From assembly GCA_965207735.1 (NCBI GenBank), contig OZ242296.1:4160001-4224000 (forward strand): a stretch of DNA of 64,000 bases, read 5' to 3'. The translations under genes and the position numbers were made by a program. The stretch comes from Candidatus Versatilivorator sp. Lineage in GTDB: Bacteria; Acidobacteriota; Terriglobia; Versatilivoradales; Versatilivoraceae. Positions within the stretch are counted from its first letter, which is position 1, and each line of letters starts with the position of its first letter. Under the pieces are notes generated by a model. It did not search any database and was not told the origin of the DNA. It was given only the letters and a program-made list of their open reading frames with translations. Shown piece after piece: positions 37,396 through 47,825 of the stretch.

Positions 37396-39909
37396 TTACC
37401 TCTCGATCGGAATATGAACACCGGCCGTGTCCTCCCCGGCTGAAACCACGATTCTGGAGCGCAGGGGAGCAATACGGTAGGGGACCTTTTCCTTTTCTCT
37501 CCCCGCCAACATGGAGGAGGAAGTGATTTCGAACTCATATTCTCCCGGAGCGGCGGAGTCTTCCGCCCGGCACACCACTCGAAATTCGTCTTCATCCGCG
37601 GGAACTTCCACAGGCGGGCAGGATACGCCCAGCGGAAAGTTCTCCGGTCGGATGCTCACCGGCTGCTTGAAGGCGGGTTCCCGCTCGACCCTGCCCAGCA
37701 GTTCCCCGCCCCCACCCGGCGTCAACCCGATCCCTTCGCCTGCCAGGCTGAGGCGGTATCCCGGCACCACGTCAACCGTCATGGCCCTCGAGTAGACGGT
37801 AACCGGGGCGCCATCCACGTCCAGCAGACCGGTCAGAACCATGTTGAACTTCAGGGCAGGCGTACCCACTGTCGTGCCGATCCTCAGCCAACCCTCGCTG
37901 ATGTACTTGGCGCCGACCTCTCCCACCCTCACGTTCACTTCTCGAGATCCGACTGATCTGGCGACAACCCTTTCCGGAGGGCGAAGTCCGGCCACGGCGC
38001 TCTCGAACTTCCACGGCAGCTGGGTCTGCATTCCCTGCACCAGTCGGATCGACCGGGAACCCTCCACACTCAGCTCAGCCAGGGAGGATTTGGACACCAT
38101 GGCCGGGAGCTCCATTCCCAGCCAGTGGGCTGCGAAGGGAGTCTGATCGTCCCGGTTGTTGGGATCGGGCCGTCCGGTTCCCCGGCTGCTTTGAACCTGG
38201 GTGACCAATCCGGGACCTCGCGCCCTCCGGCGCAGCCGGGTTCCGTCCTCCAGGACCGCCTCTCCCCAAACGGACAATTCTCTCAACCTGGGCGAGGCGC
38301 CCTTGCGGGCGGTAACGGTCAGCATGCCGCTCGCGGACACGGCCCTCTCTCCCTGCACCAGGGAGGCGGCAGGAACCAGCCCGCCTTCGACTACCAGGTC
38401 TTTGCCGGCGTCCGAAATGCCAAGCCGTATTTCCCCCAGGTACCCTCTGCGTTGAATATTGACCTCGACCGCCGCCGTCCCCTCGGCCGGAATATTGACG
38501 TAGGGGGTATCCAGACTCAGGACGAAATCGGCCGTCTGCCGGCGGGCCAGGAGTCGGTAGCCGAACAACGGACCTCCCCGCTCCACCAGGTCCTCCACCG
38601 CCACCAGCAGCTCTCGCACGCCCTCGGGCACCTTCACTTTGAGAAACGGGTCGGAACTGGTCCTCAACCCCCGCAACACTGCCGAGAAGACCGCGATTTC
38701 CGGAATATCGTCCCCCGCCGAGGCCAGGCGATTCCCCTCACTATCGTAGGCGGTCAATCTGCCGTAGAGGCGTGAGGTCCCCAATCCACCTGCTTCCAAC
38801 TGGATCATCCACTCCTCTCCGGGTTTGACTGCCAGACGGTAGCGGTCTACTTCCCCGGGGTTCGCTATGCGTCCGTTGACAACGGTATCCGGCTCAATCC
38901 CGACCTCGGCTCCCCCGTCCGGTTCGCTCGTCTCCGGAAGATCACCCACCGCAAGCAGAAGCGGGAGGCTCCCCGGGGAGCCCGGGACCGGCACCATGGC
39001 GAAATCGGCCGTGGGGCCGACCTGGCTCAGATCCACCGTCACCTCCCTGGATTCCCTGAGGTTGCCGCCCACCAACCGCACCTGAACCTTATCCCCTCTT
39101 CGCCCCCCCAAGGGAAAGAGGCCGGCGGCGTAGGCGAACTCCCCGATCTTCAGCCGGTAGAAGTTCCGCTCCTGCAGGCTGAAACGCGCATCGTGCACCA
39201 TCAGGTAGTAGTCGCCCGATTCGGGCAGGGAGATGTCCAGCCTGCAATCGACACCCAGGCCGTGAGCATCGTTGGAGACGGCGATCTGTTTTTTCTCGGC
39301 CGTCAACAGTCGAATGACCGGATCCAGCGCCGAACCGGCCCGACGGGCTTCCACCTCGACCACCAGGCGCTGCCCTTTTCGGCCCTCGAACCGGAAGAAA
39401 TCCCGGTCGGGCCCGGAAAGCGTCCCGTTGACCGTGGCCGGAAGCTGCAGCGGTTGGCTCCCTTCGGCGGAATTGTTCAAGGCCTTGTGAACCGGTTGGC
39501 GAGACTCCTCCTCGGAAACTTCCGGCAGGGCGCCGACGCTGAACAGCAGCACGTTGGACAGTCCCTCGGAGGAGCGAAGCCGCAAGGTGTAGAGCCCTAC
39601 CGCCGTTTCTTCGGGCAGTTCCACCAGGAAGGGCCGCTTCTCCTCCGTCTTGCCCGGCCCGGCCCCTTGTCCGGAGACGGTCAAGGGCGTGAATGTGCCC
39701 GGCAGGTTGGAGACGATCTCGGCTCCCTGCAAGTGGCTTCCAACCAGAGTGAGGGTGAAAGCGGTTCCCCGCTGGGCTCCCGGCGGATCCAGCCGCTTCA
39801 GGCTCGGGCTGGCGCCCTGGACTGGAGAGGCCAGAGTCCCCAGAAGGAAAGCTCCCAGCAAACCGGCTCCCCGGCAGGCCGCCCAGCAACATCGGCGGTT
39901 CTCCATCAT
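37396..39909 (-). CDS. secreted PPC-domain repeat protein (Planctomycete-type)
   Basis: PPGAQRGT, VNGTL...DFFRF, ARRAGSALDPVIRL, YRL; locus context. Confidence 0.82.
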   Translation of the reverse strand: MMENRRCCWAACRGAGLLGAFLLGTLASPVQGASPSLKRLDPPGAQRGTAFTLTLVGSHLQGAEIVSNLPGTFTPLTVSGQGAGPGKTEEKRPFLVELPEETAVGLYTLRLRSSEGLSNVLLFSVGALPEVSEEESRQPVHKALNNSAEGSQPLQLPATVNGTLSGPDRDFFRFEGRKGQRLVVEVEARRAGSALDPVIRLLTAEKKQIAVSNDAHGLGVDCRLDISLPESGDYYLMVHDARFSLQERNFYRLKIGEFAYAAGLFPLGGRRGDKVQVRLVGGNLRESREVTVDLSQVGPTADFAMVPVPGSPGSLPLLLAVGDLPETSEPDGGAEVGIEPDTVVNGRIANPGEVDRYRLAVKPGEEWMIQLEAGGLGTSRLYGRLTAYDSEGNRLASAGDDIPEIAVFSAVLRGLRTSSDPFLKVKVPEGVRELLVAVEDLVERGGPLFGYRLLARRQTADFVLSLDTPYVNIPAEGTAAVEVNIQRRGYLGEIRLGISDAGKDLVVEGGLVPAASLVQGERAVSASGMLTVTARKGASPRLRELSVWGEAVLEDGTRLRRRARGPGLVTQVQSSRGTGRPDPNNRDDQTPFAAHWLGMELPAMVSKSSLAELSVEGSRSIRLVQGMQTQLPWKFESAVAGLRPPERVVARSVGSREVNVRVGEVGAKYISEGWLRIGTTVGTPALKFNMVLTGLLDVDGAPVTVYSRAMTVDVVPGYRLSLAGEGIGLTPGGGGELLGRVEREPAFKQPVSIRPENFPLGVSCPPVEVPADEDEFRVVCRAEDSAAPGEYEFEITSSSMLAGREKEKVPYRIAPLRSRIVVSAGEDTAGVHIPIER

Positions 39910-39946
39910 CCTCTTCTCCCTTCCCGCCCGGCCCTGCGCCTACGTT

Positions 39947-41356
39947 CTATGGGCCGGAGGCCGCCATCTCCGCTTTCATCGGGACGGGAACAAAATCCCG
40001 CAACAGCTTCCCCGACGCCACCTCGTGGATCCGCACCCGACCTTCGAACCCCGCCGTGGCCAACTCCCGTCCCCCGGGGTGGAAGGCAAGGGTATAGATC
40101 CCGGACTCATGCCCGGTGCAGGCCGCCAGGCGCTCTCCGCTCTCCGCGTCATAAATGGGGGCCTCGGCTCCCGCGCCGGCTACGGCCAGCTTCCGGCCGT
40201 CGGCGCTGAACCCCAGGGCAAAAATCTCCCCCGACTGGCGTTCGAAGGCGCGGATCAAAGTGCCTTCCTGGCCTGCGAAGATCTTCTTGGGTCGATCCAT
40301 TCGATAGTAATAGGGGATTCGCTCCTCGCCGCCGACCACCACCCGGTCCCGACTGGGATGGCGGGTCACGGCCGCCAACTCCTTCCTCAGCTTGTTGAGG
40401 TTCTCGATGAAGGCTCCCGACTCGGCATGCATCAGTTTGGCCGCGAAATCCCGCCCCACCGAGACGATTCGCTTTCCGTCCATGCCGAAACGGGTCCCCA
40501 GAACCCAGTTCTCATGGTGGTTGGTCTTCAGCAACTCCTTTCCCGAAGACACCTCATGGATCCGGACGGTGCTGTCCGAGCATCCGAAGGCTACTCGAGA
40601 ACCGTCGGGCGAGAGGGAAACCCCGAAGAGGGTGTCCTTGCAAACGGTGACCGAGCGTTTCAACTTGCCGGAGGCGAGCTCCCAAAACTGCAGCTCCCCG
40701 AAACGGGCCGGCGTCCCACCCCCCGCCACCAATGTTTTTCCATCCGGAGTGAAGACCAACGACTGGATGCGATCGGAGAGTCCCACCAGGCGGCCTTCCA
40801 GCCCGCTACCGTCCGATCGGTGCAGCAGGACCTCCCGGTATCCCGAAACGGCCAGCAGGGAACCGTCCGGCGAATAGGCCAGGGCCGTGATCACGGGTGG
40901 CGAGGAATAGACCGGAGGCTCGTTCTGAGAAACCCTGTCGAGCTGGATGGGCGTGTCGTCGGTGGCGCCTGCCTTCACCCAGGCCCGGAACCTGGCGATG
41001 GTCTCCCGGTCCAGCGGCGGACCGCCCAGAGGCATCAGGGGCGGGCGCCTGCCTTCCATCATGGCGATCAACAGGCTTCTCTCGGGATCTCCCGGGACCA
41101 GGCCCGGTCCGCTGTGACCTCCCTTGAGAAGAGTCCGATACTGGGTCAGGTCGAGGTGCCCTTGCTGGATAGCCGGCTGGTGGCAGCCCTGGCAGTGCTG
41201 CTGGATCACCGGACGGATGTCCCGGAAATAGCTGGGAGCCGACGCCGGCTGCTCCTCCGCGGATTCCGCCCTGCCGGGAGCGGAGGGGACCACCGTCCAG
41301 ACCAGCAACAAACACCCCACGGCCTTCAGGAAGGACAACCGAAAAAACCCTGCCAT
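39947..41356 (-). CDS. Planctomycete cytochrome c domain plus WD40 repeat protein
   Basis: CQGCH, MP, W(V)KAGA; repeated (F/Y)SPDG..LA WD40 blades. Confidence 0.9.
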   Translation of the reverse strand: MAGFFRLSFLKAVGCLLLVWTVVPSAPGRAESAEEQPASAPSYFRDIRPVIQQHCQGCHQPAIQQGHLDLTQYRTLLKGGHSGPGLVPGDPERSLLIAMMEGRRPPLMPLGGPPLDRETIARFRAWVKAGATDDTPIQLDRVSQNEPPVYSSPPVITALAYSPDGSLLAVSGYREVLLHRSDGSGLEGRLVGLSDRIQSLVFTPDGKTLVAGGGTPARFGELQFWELASGKLKRSVTVCKDTLFGVSLSPDGSRVAFGCSDSTVRIHEVSSGKELLKTNHHENWVLGTRFGMDGKRIVSVGRDFAAKLMHAESGAFIENLNKLRKELAAVTRHPSRDRVVVGGEERIPYYYRMDRPKKIFAGQEGTLIRAFERQSGEIFALGFSADGRKLAVAGAGAEAPIYDAESGERLAACTGHESGIYTLAFHPGGRELATAGFEGRVRIHEVASGKLLRDFVPVPMKAEMAASGP

Positions 41357-41526
41357 TGGCAAAAACCTGCGCTTGGAAAGAAATTGGATGGAGCGGTACG
41401 CTTCCAGCCGCAATGATAGGGCTTCCGCCACTCCCCCGTCAAGACGGAGTCGGGCCGCCAACCCTGCCGGGCGAACGACTCCAAGGTGGTTGATCCGGGC
41501 GCTGGGGGCGAGGGCCCGGCTTGTCT

Positions 41527-41582
41527 GAAACAACCGAAAAAAGGCAAAAGACAAAAGAGTTATCCACGAAGGGGCACGAAGG
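41527..41582. repeat. dispersed TGAAACAA...AAGAGTTATCCACGAAG repeat, partial copy
   Basis: caaaagagttatccacgaaggggcacgaag matches the ~56.6 kb copy. Confidence 0.8.
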
Positions 41583-41830
41583 CGTGACGGCTCTGCCGCA
41601 TCGGCAGGGCTGCGGCCTGGCAACCCGGAACGACCCCCTCCAGGGGCACGTGTGATGGGAGGAGGCCCTCCCGGGAGCGCGGGGGTCCCGCCCGCATCGT
41701 CTAGTAATGCTGTCCATCCATGTTCAATAGGTGGAAAACCGAATTGGGACCAACAAACTGCTGAAGATATACTGTGAATTCGTATTCAGCGACCCGCTGA
41801 GAAATGCGGGCGTAACTCGAGAGTCCGAAT

Positions 41831-44470
41831 ATGACCGTTGTCACCGCGAATCTCCGACTCGCCCGAGAACTCCAGCAGGAATACGACCGGGAACAGCAGG
41901 CGGCAGGGCTGTCCTGCTGGCCGACGCCCCGCATTCTTCCCTGGTCGGCATGGCTTTCCGAACTGTGGAGAGAGGCGTTGTTTTCCCGTCGTGCGGAAAC
42001 CGCCCGACGCCTCCTCCGTCCAACGGAAGAACGGACAATCTGGGAAGACATCATCCGTTCAATGCCCGATAACCCGCTGCTGGAAGTCCCCAGGACCGCC
42101 GAGTCGGCACTGTCCTCCTGGAATCTTCTGTGGGCCTGGCATATTCCCCTGGACCCCCCGGAGTGGAGAGATCAAGAGGATTCCGAGACCTTTCGGTCGT
42201 GGGCCGAGGAATTTGGCCGCCGCTTCCGCCGGAATGGGTGGTTGTCAGGCGCCGAACTTCCGGCGCTTGTGGCGGATCTCATCGAAAGGGGACGCCTTCC
42301 GGTCCCCGGCCAAGTGGAATTTGCAGGCTTTCTTGAGCCGACGCCTGCCCAACAAAGGCTGTTCGACTCCCTGGCTGGGCGCGGGACGGAAGTTCGCCAC
42401 CGCGAAATCCCCCAAACAGCCGGCAAGGCCGTGCGCCTGGGCCTGAGGGATGCCGACCGTGAAATGAGGGCCGCCGCCCAATGGGCGCGCCGGATTCTGG
42501 AAAACGACCCGGAGGCGGCAACCCCGAATTTTCGAATCGGCGTCATCGTTCCCGATCTGGGAGGGCGCCGTAGCCAGATCGAGCGTGTTTTCGCCGACAC
42601 CCTGCATCCCCGTACCCGGCTGCGCCAGGACCTGGACCCCAAGAGGCTCTTCAACATCTCGCTGGGGTTGCCGGCGGCCGACTACCCCCTCATCGAGGCG
42701 GCCTTCCTGCTGCTTGCGACCGATCCCCGGAAAATTCCAATCGAGGTCGCCGGCCGACTCTTGCGATCGCCGTTTCTGCAGGGTTCCGAGGAGGAATTCA
42801 CGAGCCGGGCCCTGCTGGATGTCGAATTGCGTTCCATGGGAGAGCCTTACCTTTCGCTGAGGGACATCATCGCCCCGGCCCGCGGCGGGGATGCCTCGCT
42901 TCGGTGCCCCCGGCTCGCCGGCCGGTTGCTCGCCTGGACGGAGCGGCACCAGGCGCTGCAGCCCAGCCGGCTGCCCAGCGACTGGGCTCCCGTCCTCTCC
43001 CAATTCCTGCAGGAGATCGGGTGGCCCGGAGATCGCGGTATCGACAGCATGGAGTTCCAGACGCTTGAAGTCTGGAATGAACTGCTCTCCGAGTTGGCCA
43101 GGCTCGACCGCGTCTGCGGGCACATCTCGCTGGGTACGGCCGTCGGCAAGTTGAGATACCTGGCTTCGACCCGGCAGTTTCAGCCGGAGTCCGAGCCGGC
43201 CCCTGTCCAGATTCTGGGCGTGCTGGAAGCCTCCGGCCTGCGCTTCGAGCGGCTCTGGATCATGGGGATGCACGACAATGCCTGGCCGGCGGCGCCGTCG
43301 CCCGATCCGTTTCTGCCGTTTCACCTGCAGCGGCGTTTCAAGCTGCCCCGCTCCTCCCCGGACCGAGAACTGGAGTTTGCCCGGACGTTCACCACCCGGC
43401 TCCTGGCAAGCGCCCCAACCGTGGTCGTCAGCCATCCGGAGCGGGATGGCGATTCCGATTTGAGAGTCAGCCCCCTCCTGACCGCACTGCCGGAAGTTGC
43501 CGAGGCCGACCTGAGGCTCCCGGCTTCGGACAGTTACCCGGAACAACTTCGGCGGTCGTCCCGAATGGAGACCATCCAGGACCACCGCGCCCCGCCGTGC
43601 GGCGATGTTCCCTTCAGAGCCGGGACCTCTCTGTTCAAGCTGCAGGCGGCCTGTCCCTTCAGGGCTTTTGCCGAGTTGCGCCTTGGAGCACAAGCGCCGG
43701 ACCAGCCCGAGCCAGGCTTGAACGCTCTCGACCGGGGACAACTGGTCCACCGCATTCTGGAGCATGTCTGGGAGAAGTTGCGATCCCACCAGGGATTGCT
43801 GTCGATGAGTGAGGAAGGACTGGTGGATCTGGTGCGTTCCGAGGCCGACGCCGAGATTCGGAAGTTCTCCAGACGCCGCCGGGTTCTGCGAAACGCCCGG
43901 TTTGCAGCCATCGAGCGGGAACGAATCGAACGCATTGTCGGGCAGTGGCTGCTCCTGGAAAAGCAGCGGCAACCATTCACCATGCTCGAACAGGAAACGG
44001 GACGGCGCGTGACACTGGGCGGCCTCCAGTTGAATATCCGAGCCGACCGGGTGGACCGCCTCGAAACCGGGGAGCTGGTCATTCTGGACTACAAGACCGG
44101 CGAGTGCAGCCCATCCGATTGGGACGGCTCCAGGCCCGATGAACCGCAACTGCCCATCTACGCCGTGACCGCCGACTCTCCGGTTGCAGGTGTCTTGTTC
44201 GGCAGGCTCAAGACCGGGAAGTTCGCCTTTCGAGGCTTGGCTGGTTCCGATGGCATTGTTCCCGGCGTCAAGGAACCCGACGATCAGCCGTCGCTGGGAG
44301 AAACGATTGAAGAGTGGCGGGAGGTCCTGGATCGGTTGGGCCGTGAGTTCAAGGCAGGACAAGCCATCGTGGACCCCAAGCGACCCCGCCAGACCTGCCG
44401 GCACTGCGCGCTGCCGGCGCTCTGCCGGATCGGCCAGGCCCCTTCCGAGGTGGAGGGCGATAGTGATTGA
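41831..44470 (+). CDS. addB: AddB-like PD-(D/E)XK nuclease, probable DNA repair protein
   Basis: ACPFRAFA, RADRVD..ILDYKTG, QLPIYA, CRHCALPALC Fe-S cysteines. Confidence 0.85.
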   Translation: MTVVTANLRLARELQQEYDREQQAAGLSCWPTPRILPWSAWLSELWREALFSRRAETARRLLRPTEERTIWEDIIRSMPDNPLLEVPRTAESALSSWNLLWAWHIPLDPPEWRDQEDSETFRSWAEEFGRRFRRNGWLSGAELPALVADLIERGRLPVPGQVEFAGFLEPTPAQQRLFDSLAGRGTEVRHREIPQTAGKAVRLGLRDADREMRAAAQWARRILENDPEAATPNFRIGVIVPDLGGRRSQIERVFADTLHPRTRLRQDLDPKRLFNISLGLPAADYPLIEAAFLLLATDPRKIPIEVAGRLLRSPFLQGSEEEFTSRALLDVELRSMGEPYLSLRDIIAPARGGDASLRCPRLAGRLLAWTERHQALQPSRLPSDWAPVLSQFLQEIGWPGDRGIDSMEFQTLEVWNELLSELARLDRVCGHISLGTAVGKLRYLASTRQFQPESEPAPVQILGVLEASGLRFERLWIMGMHDNAWPAAPSPDPFLPFHLQRRFKLPRSSPDRELEFARTFTTRLLASAPTVVVSHPERDGDSDLRVSPLLTALPEVAEADLRLPASDSYPEQLRRSSRMETIQDHRAPPCGDVPFRAGTSLFKLQAACPFRAFAELRLGAQAPDQPEPGLNALDRGQLVHRILEHVWEKLRSHQGLLSMSEEGLVDLVRSEADAEIRKFSRRRRVLRNARFAAIERERIERIVGQWLLLEKQRQPFTMLEQETGRRVTLGGLQLNIRADRVDRLETGELVILDYKTGECSPSDWDGSRPDEPQLPIYAVTADSPVAGVLFGRLKTGKFAFRGLAGSDGIVPGVKEPDDQPSLGETIEEWREVLDRLGREFKAGQAIVDPKRPRQTCRHCALPALCRIGQAPSEVEGDSD

Positions 44471-47400
44471 CGAGGTCCTGGACCGAAAACAGCGTCTGCA
44501 GGCGCTAGACCCGACCCAGTCGTTCATCGTGCAGGCGCCCGCGGGTTCCGGAAAAACAGAATTGCTCATCCAGCGATTCCTGGGGCTGCTGGCGCAAGTC
44601 GAGCAACCCGAGGCCGTGGTCGCCGTCACCTTTACCCGAAAGGCGGCCGCGGAGATGCGCCACCGGGTCATCGCTGCTCTCCAGAGCGCCTCGGGACCGA
44701 AGCCCGCCACGCCGCATGAAGCTCACACCTGGTCACTGGCGCAGGCGGCGCTGGCTCGGAACAACGAACGCAACTGGTGCCTGACCGAGCATCCCTCCCG
44801 TCTTCGCATCCAGACCATCGATTCACTGTGCGCCCTGCTGGTTCGCCAGATGCCCTGGGTTTCGCAAATGGGCACTTCGCTCGGCCCCGAAGAAGACGCG
44901 GGGCGCCTCTACCTTCAGGCAGCCCGCCGAACGCTGGCCATGCTGGATCCCCAAGGGGGGCGGACTGAAATTTCCGAGGCCTTGTCGCAACTTCTCGCAC
45001 ACCTGGACAACAACGTCGGAACGGTGGAGCAACTGTTGAGCACCATGCTGGGGAAACGGGACCAGTGGCTGCGGCACGTGGCTGGAACCCAGCCTACGGA
45101 CGATCTACGCAAGGATCTTGAGTCCGCACTCAGACGGATTGTCGAGCGCGCCCTGAAACGGGTGGCGGCCGCATTCCCCGAAAACTTCAGGGACGTGACC
45201 GTTGGACTGGCCCGCTTCGCGGCCGGCAGCCTTCGAGAACAGCAGCGCGGCAGTGCCCTCGAGGCCTGCTTCGAGCTCCGTGATTTTCCGAATGCCGGCC
45301 TGGAGTCGTTGCCTCGCTGGCTGGGGCTGGCGGAGATGTTCCTGACCCAACAGGGAATCCGCCGCCGGACCCTGAACAAGAATCAGGGGTTCCCGCCAAC
45401 CCCTTTAGGACGTGGAGCCAAGGAGGTGTGGCGCGGGATCGAACTCGACGAGGAGGCCGTGGCCGCACTCCACGCCTTGAGATCGCTGCCACCGTCCCGC
45501 TTCCACGATGGGCAGTGGGAGGTGCTGGCCGCCCTTCTGCGCCTGTTGCCCGTGGCTCTCGGCCAACTTCAATTGGTCTTTCGGGAAGAAGGGAGTGTGG
45601 ACTTCAGCGAGATCGCGATTCGAGCACGAATCGCCCTGGGGACGGACGAGGTTCCCACCGACCTCGCCTTTGCGCTCGACTGCCGAATCCAGCATCTGCT
45701 GATCGATGAGTTTCAGGACACCTCCCAAAGCCAGTATTCACTGCTGGCCAGACTTATCGGCGACTGGCAGCCGGGAGACGGCCGCACCCTGTTTCTGGTC
45801 GGAGACCCGATGCAGTCGATCTACGGCTTTCGAGAGGCCGAAGTGAGCCTTTTTCTGAGTGCTCGGTCGAACGGGATCGGCGCTGTCCGGCTGACGCCGC
45901 TCACGCTCTCGGTGAACTTTCGTTCCAGTCCGGGAATCGTGGATTGGGTGAACCGCACACTGAGCCAGGCTTTCCCGGAAACGGAAAATGTGTTGACAGG
46001 CGCGGTGACTTACGAACCCTCGGTACCGTTCAAGGGAGACAGTCCCGGCAGGGACGTTCACTTGCATCCGTTTCTGACGGATGAGCCGGTGCTCGAGGAA
46101 GCCCGGCGCGTGATTGAAACCATCGAGAAAGCCCAGTCACAGAACCCGGGCGGGACCATTGCCGTGCTGGTGTTGGCCCGCAGCCACTTGTTCCATATCG
46201 TGGCCGCGCTTCGCCAAGGCGGAAAGAAGTTTCGCGCCGTGGAGATCGAGGCCCTGGGGGAACGCCAGGTGGTTCAAGACCTGATGTCGCTCACCCGGGC
46301 GCTCCTGCATCCGGCCCACCGGCTGGCCTGGTTGTCGATTCTGCGGGCGCCCTGGTGCGGTTTGAGGCTGGCGGACCTGGATGCGCTGATGGATGGCGAC
46401 TCCACGGCCGCGGTCTGGGATCTTCTTCAAGATCCGGCGAGACGAGAGCGGTTGTCTCCCGAGGGCAGGACACGCCTCGAGCGTCTGATCCCTCTGCTCG
46501 ACGATGCGCTGGCACGTCGGGCACGACTGCCGGTTCGCCGCTGGGTGGAGAGCCTCTGGATCGCCCTGGGCGGCCCGGCCTGCCTCGAGACGCGCGCGGA
46601 GCTCGAAGATGCCGCCGCCTACCTGGATCTGCTGGAGCGGTCTTTGGACGGCATGCAGCTCCTGGACGAGACCAGGTTCGCCGAAGAGGTCGCCGGCCTG
46701 TACGCGCCTTCCGACGTCGAAGCCGGCGAGGAGCTGCAACTCATGACCATCCACAAAGCCAAGGGGCTGGAGTTCGACACCGTAATCCTGCCGGGCCTGG
46801 GACGCCGCCCTCGGCATGACGATTCACGCCTGCTGCGGTGGCTGGAATACATGGACGGCGATGTGGCCCGCCTGCTGCTGGCGCCGATTCCCCGGGCCGC
46901 GGGCGACGGGGACGCGCTCTACGAATACGTGAAGAAGGCTGACCGGGATAAGCGGGTTCATGAAACCACCCGCCTCCTCTACGTGGCCGCCACCAGGGCC
47001 CGGAAAAATCTGCACTTGCTCGGACACACCAAACTCGATCCTGAGGGGGCGCGGTTGAGAGACCCCGATTCGCGCACCCTGCTGGCGAAGATCTGGACAA
47101 CCGTCGAGCCGGAATTCTCGGAACGTCTAAAGGACCGGGTAACTGAAGAAGTGGAAACGGAGGAGACCGTCGCCCCCGAGCCTCAAGGCATCCCTTTGCG
47201 GCGTCTGGCCGCCGATTGGACGCCCTCCCCTCCCCCGAAGGATGCGGTTTGGAAACCACGAAAACAGCCGGCCGGGACCGAGGACGTGGAGACACCCCAA
47301 CCAACCTTCGAGTGGGTGAGCGATCTGCAGCGGCGAGTGGGTACCGTCGTCCACGGGATGCTTCAGCAACTGTGCGCGCCGGACCGTCTCGACTTCGGCC

Positions 47401-47825
47401 GGGACGCTCTCCGTGTCGCGCTATTGCAGGAGGGACTCGACGGCGACAAGCTCGACCAAGCCCTGTCCCGAGCCGTTTCCGCTCTCAAAAACACCATTGC
47501 CGACGAACGCGGCCGTTGGATTCTTTCGCACCACCAGGACGATCAGAGAGAGTACGCACTCTCGACGGTCGTCCAAGGAAAAGTACGGAGATATGTCCTG
47601 GACAGGACCTTTGTGGCCGGCGGTACGCGCTGGATCATCGACTACAAGACGGGAACCCACTCCGGCGGGTCCCCGAAAGAATTCCTGGACAATGAGCAGG
47701 CGCGCTACCGCACTCAGTTGGAAACCTACGCGAGCCTGATCCGGTTCATGGACTCCCGCCCCATTCGCCTGGGTCTCTATTTCCCCATGCTTCAGGGCTG
47801 GCGGGAGTGGCCTTTCGCGAGCTAG
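44463..47825 (+). CDS. addA: AddA-like UvrD helicase-nuclease
   Basis: APAGSGKT, TFTRKAA, IDEFQDT, VGDPMQSIYGFR, TIHKAKGLEF, LYVAATRA, IIDYKT; GTG start overlaps the addB stop. Confidence 0.9.
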   Translation: MIDEVLDRKQRLQALDPTQSFIVQAPAGSGKTELLIQRFLGLLAQVEQPEAVVAVTFTRKAAAEMRHRVIAALQSASGPKPATPHEAHTWSLAQAALARNNERNWCLTEHPSRLRIQTIDSLCALLVRQMPWVSQMGTSLGPEEDAGRLYLQAARRTLAMLDPQGGRTEISEALSQLLAHLDNNVGTVEQLLSTMLGKRDQWLRHVAGTQPTDDLRKDLESALRRIVERALKRVAAAFPENFRDVTVGLARFAAGSLREQQRGSALEACFELRDFPNAGLESLPRWLGLAEMFLTQQGIRRRTLNKNQGFPPTPLGRGAKEVWRGIELDEEAVAALHALRSLPPSRFHDGQWEVLAALLRLLPVALGQLQLVFREEGSVDFSEIAIRARIALGTDEVPTDLAFALDCRIQHLLIDEFQDTSQSQYSLLARLIGDWQPGDGRTLFLVGDPMQSIYGFREAEVSLFLSARSNGIGAVRLTPLTLSVNFRSSPGIVDWVNRTLSQAFPETENVLTGAVTYEPSVPFKGDSPGRDVHLHPFLTDEPVLEEARRVIETIEKAQSQNPGGTIAVLVLARSHLFHIVAALRQGGKKFRAVEIEALGERQVVQDLMSLTRALLHPAHRLAWLSILRAPWCGLRLADLDALMDGDSTAAVWDLLQDPARRERLSPEGRTRLERLIPLLDDALARRARLPVRRWVESLWIALGGPACLETRAELEDAAAYLDLLERSLDGMQLLDETRFAEEVAGLYAPSDVEAGEELQLMTIHKAKGLEFDTVILPGLGRRPRHDDSRLLRWLEYMDGDVARLLLAPIPRAAGDGDALYEYVKKADRDKRVHETTRLLYVAATRARKNLHLLGHTKLDPEGARLRDPDSRTLLAKIWTTVEPEFSERLKDRVTEEVETEETVAPEPQGIPLRRLAADWTPSPPPKDAVWKPRKQPAGTEDVETPQPTFEWVSDLQRRVGTVVHGMLQQLCAPDRLDFGRDALRVALLQEGLDGDKLDQALSRAVSALKNTIADERGRWILSHHQDDQREYALSTVVQGKVRRYVLDRTFVAGGTRWIIDYKTGTHSGGSPKEFLDNEQARYRTQLETYASLIRFMDSRPIRLGLYFPMLQGWREWPFAS

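Noticed and set aside
41831-47825. Novel nuclease-helicase defence system
   Set aside because: Motifs and gene order fit ordinary AddAB-type recombination repair
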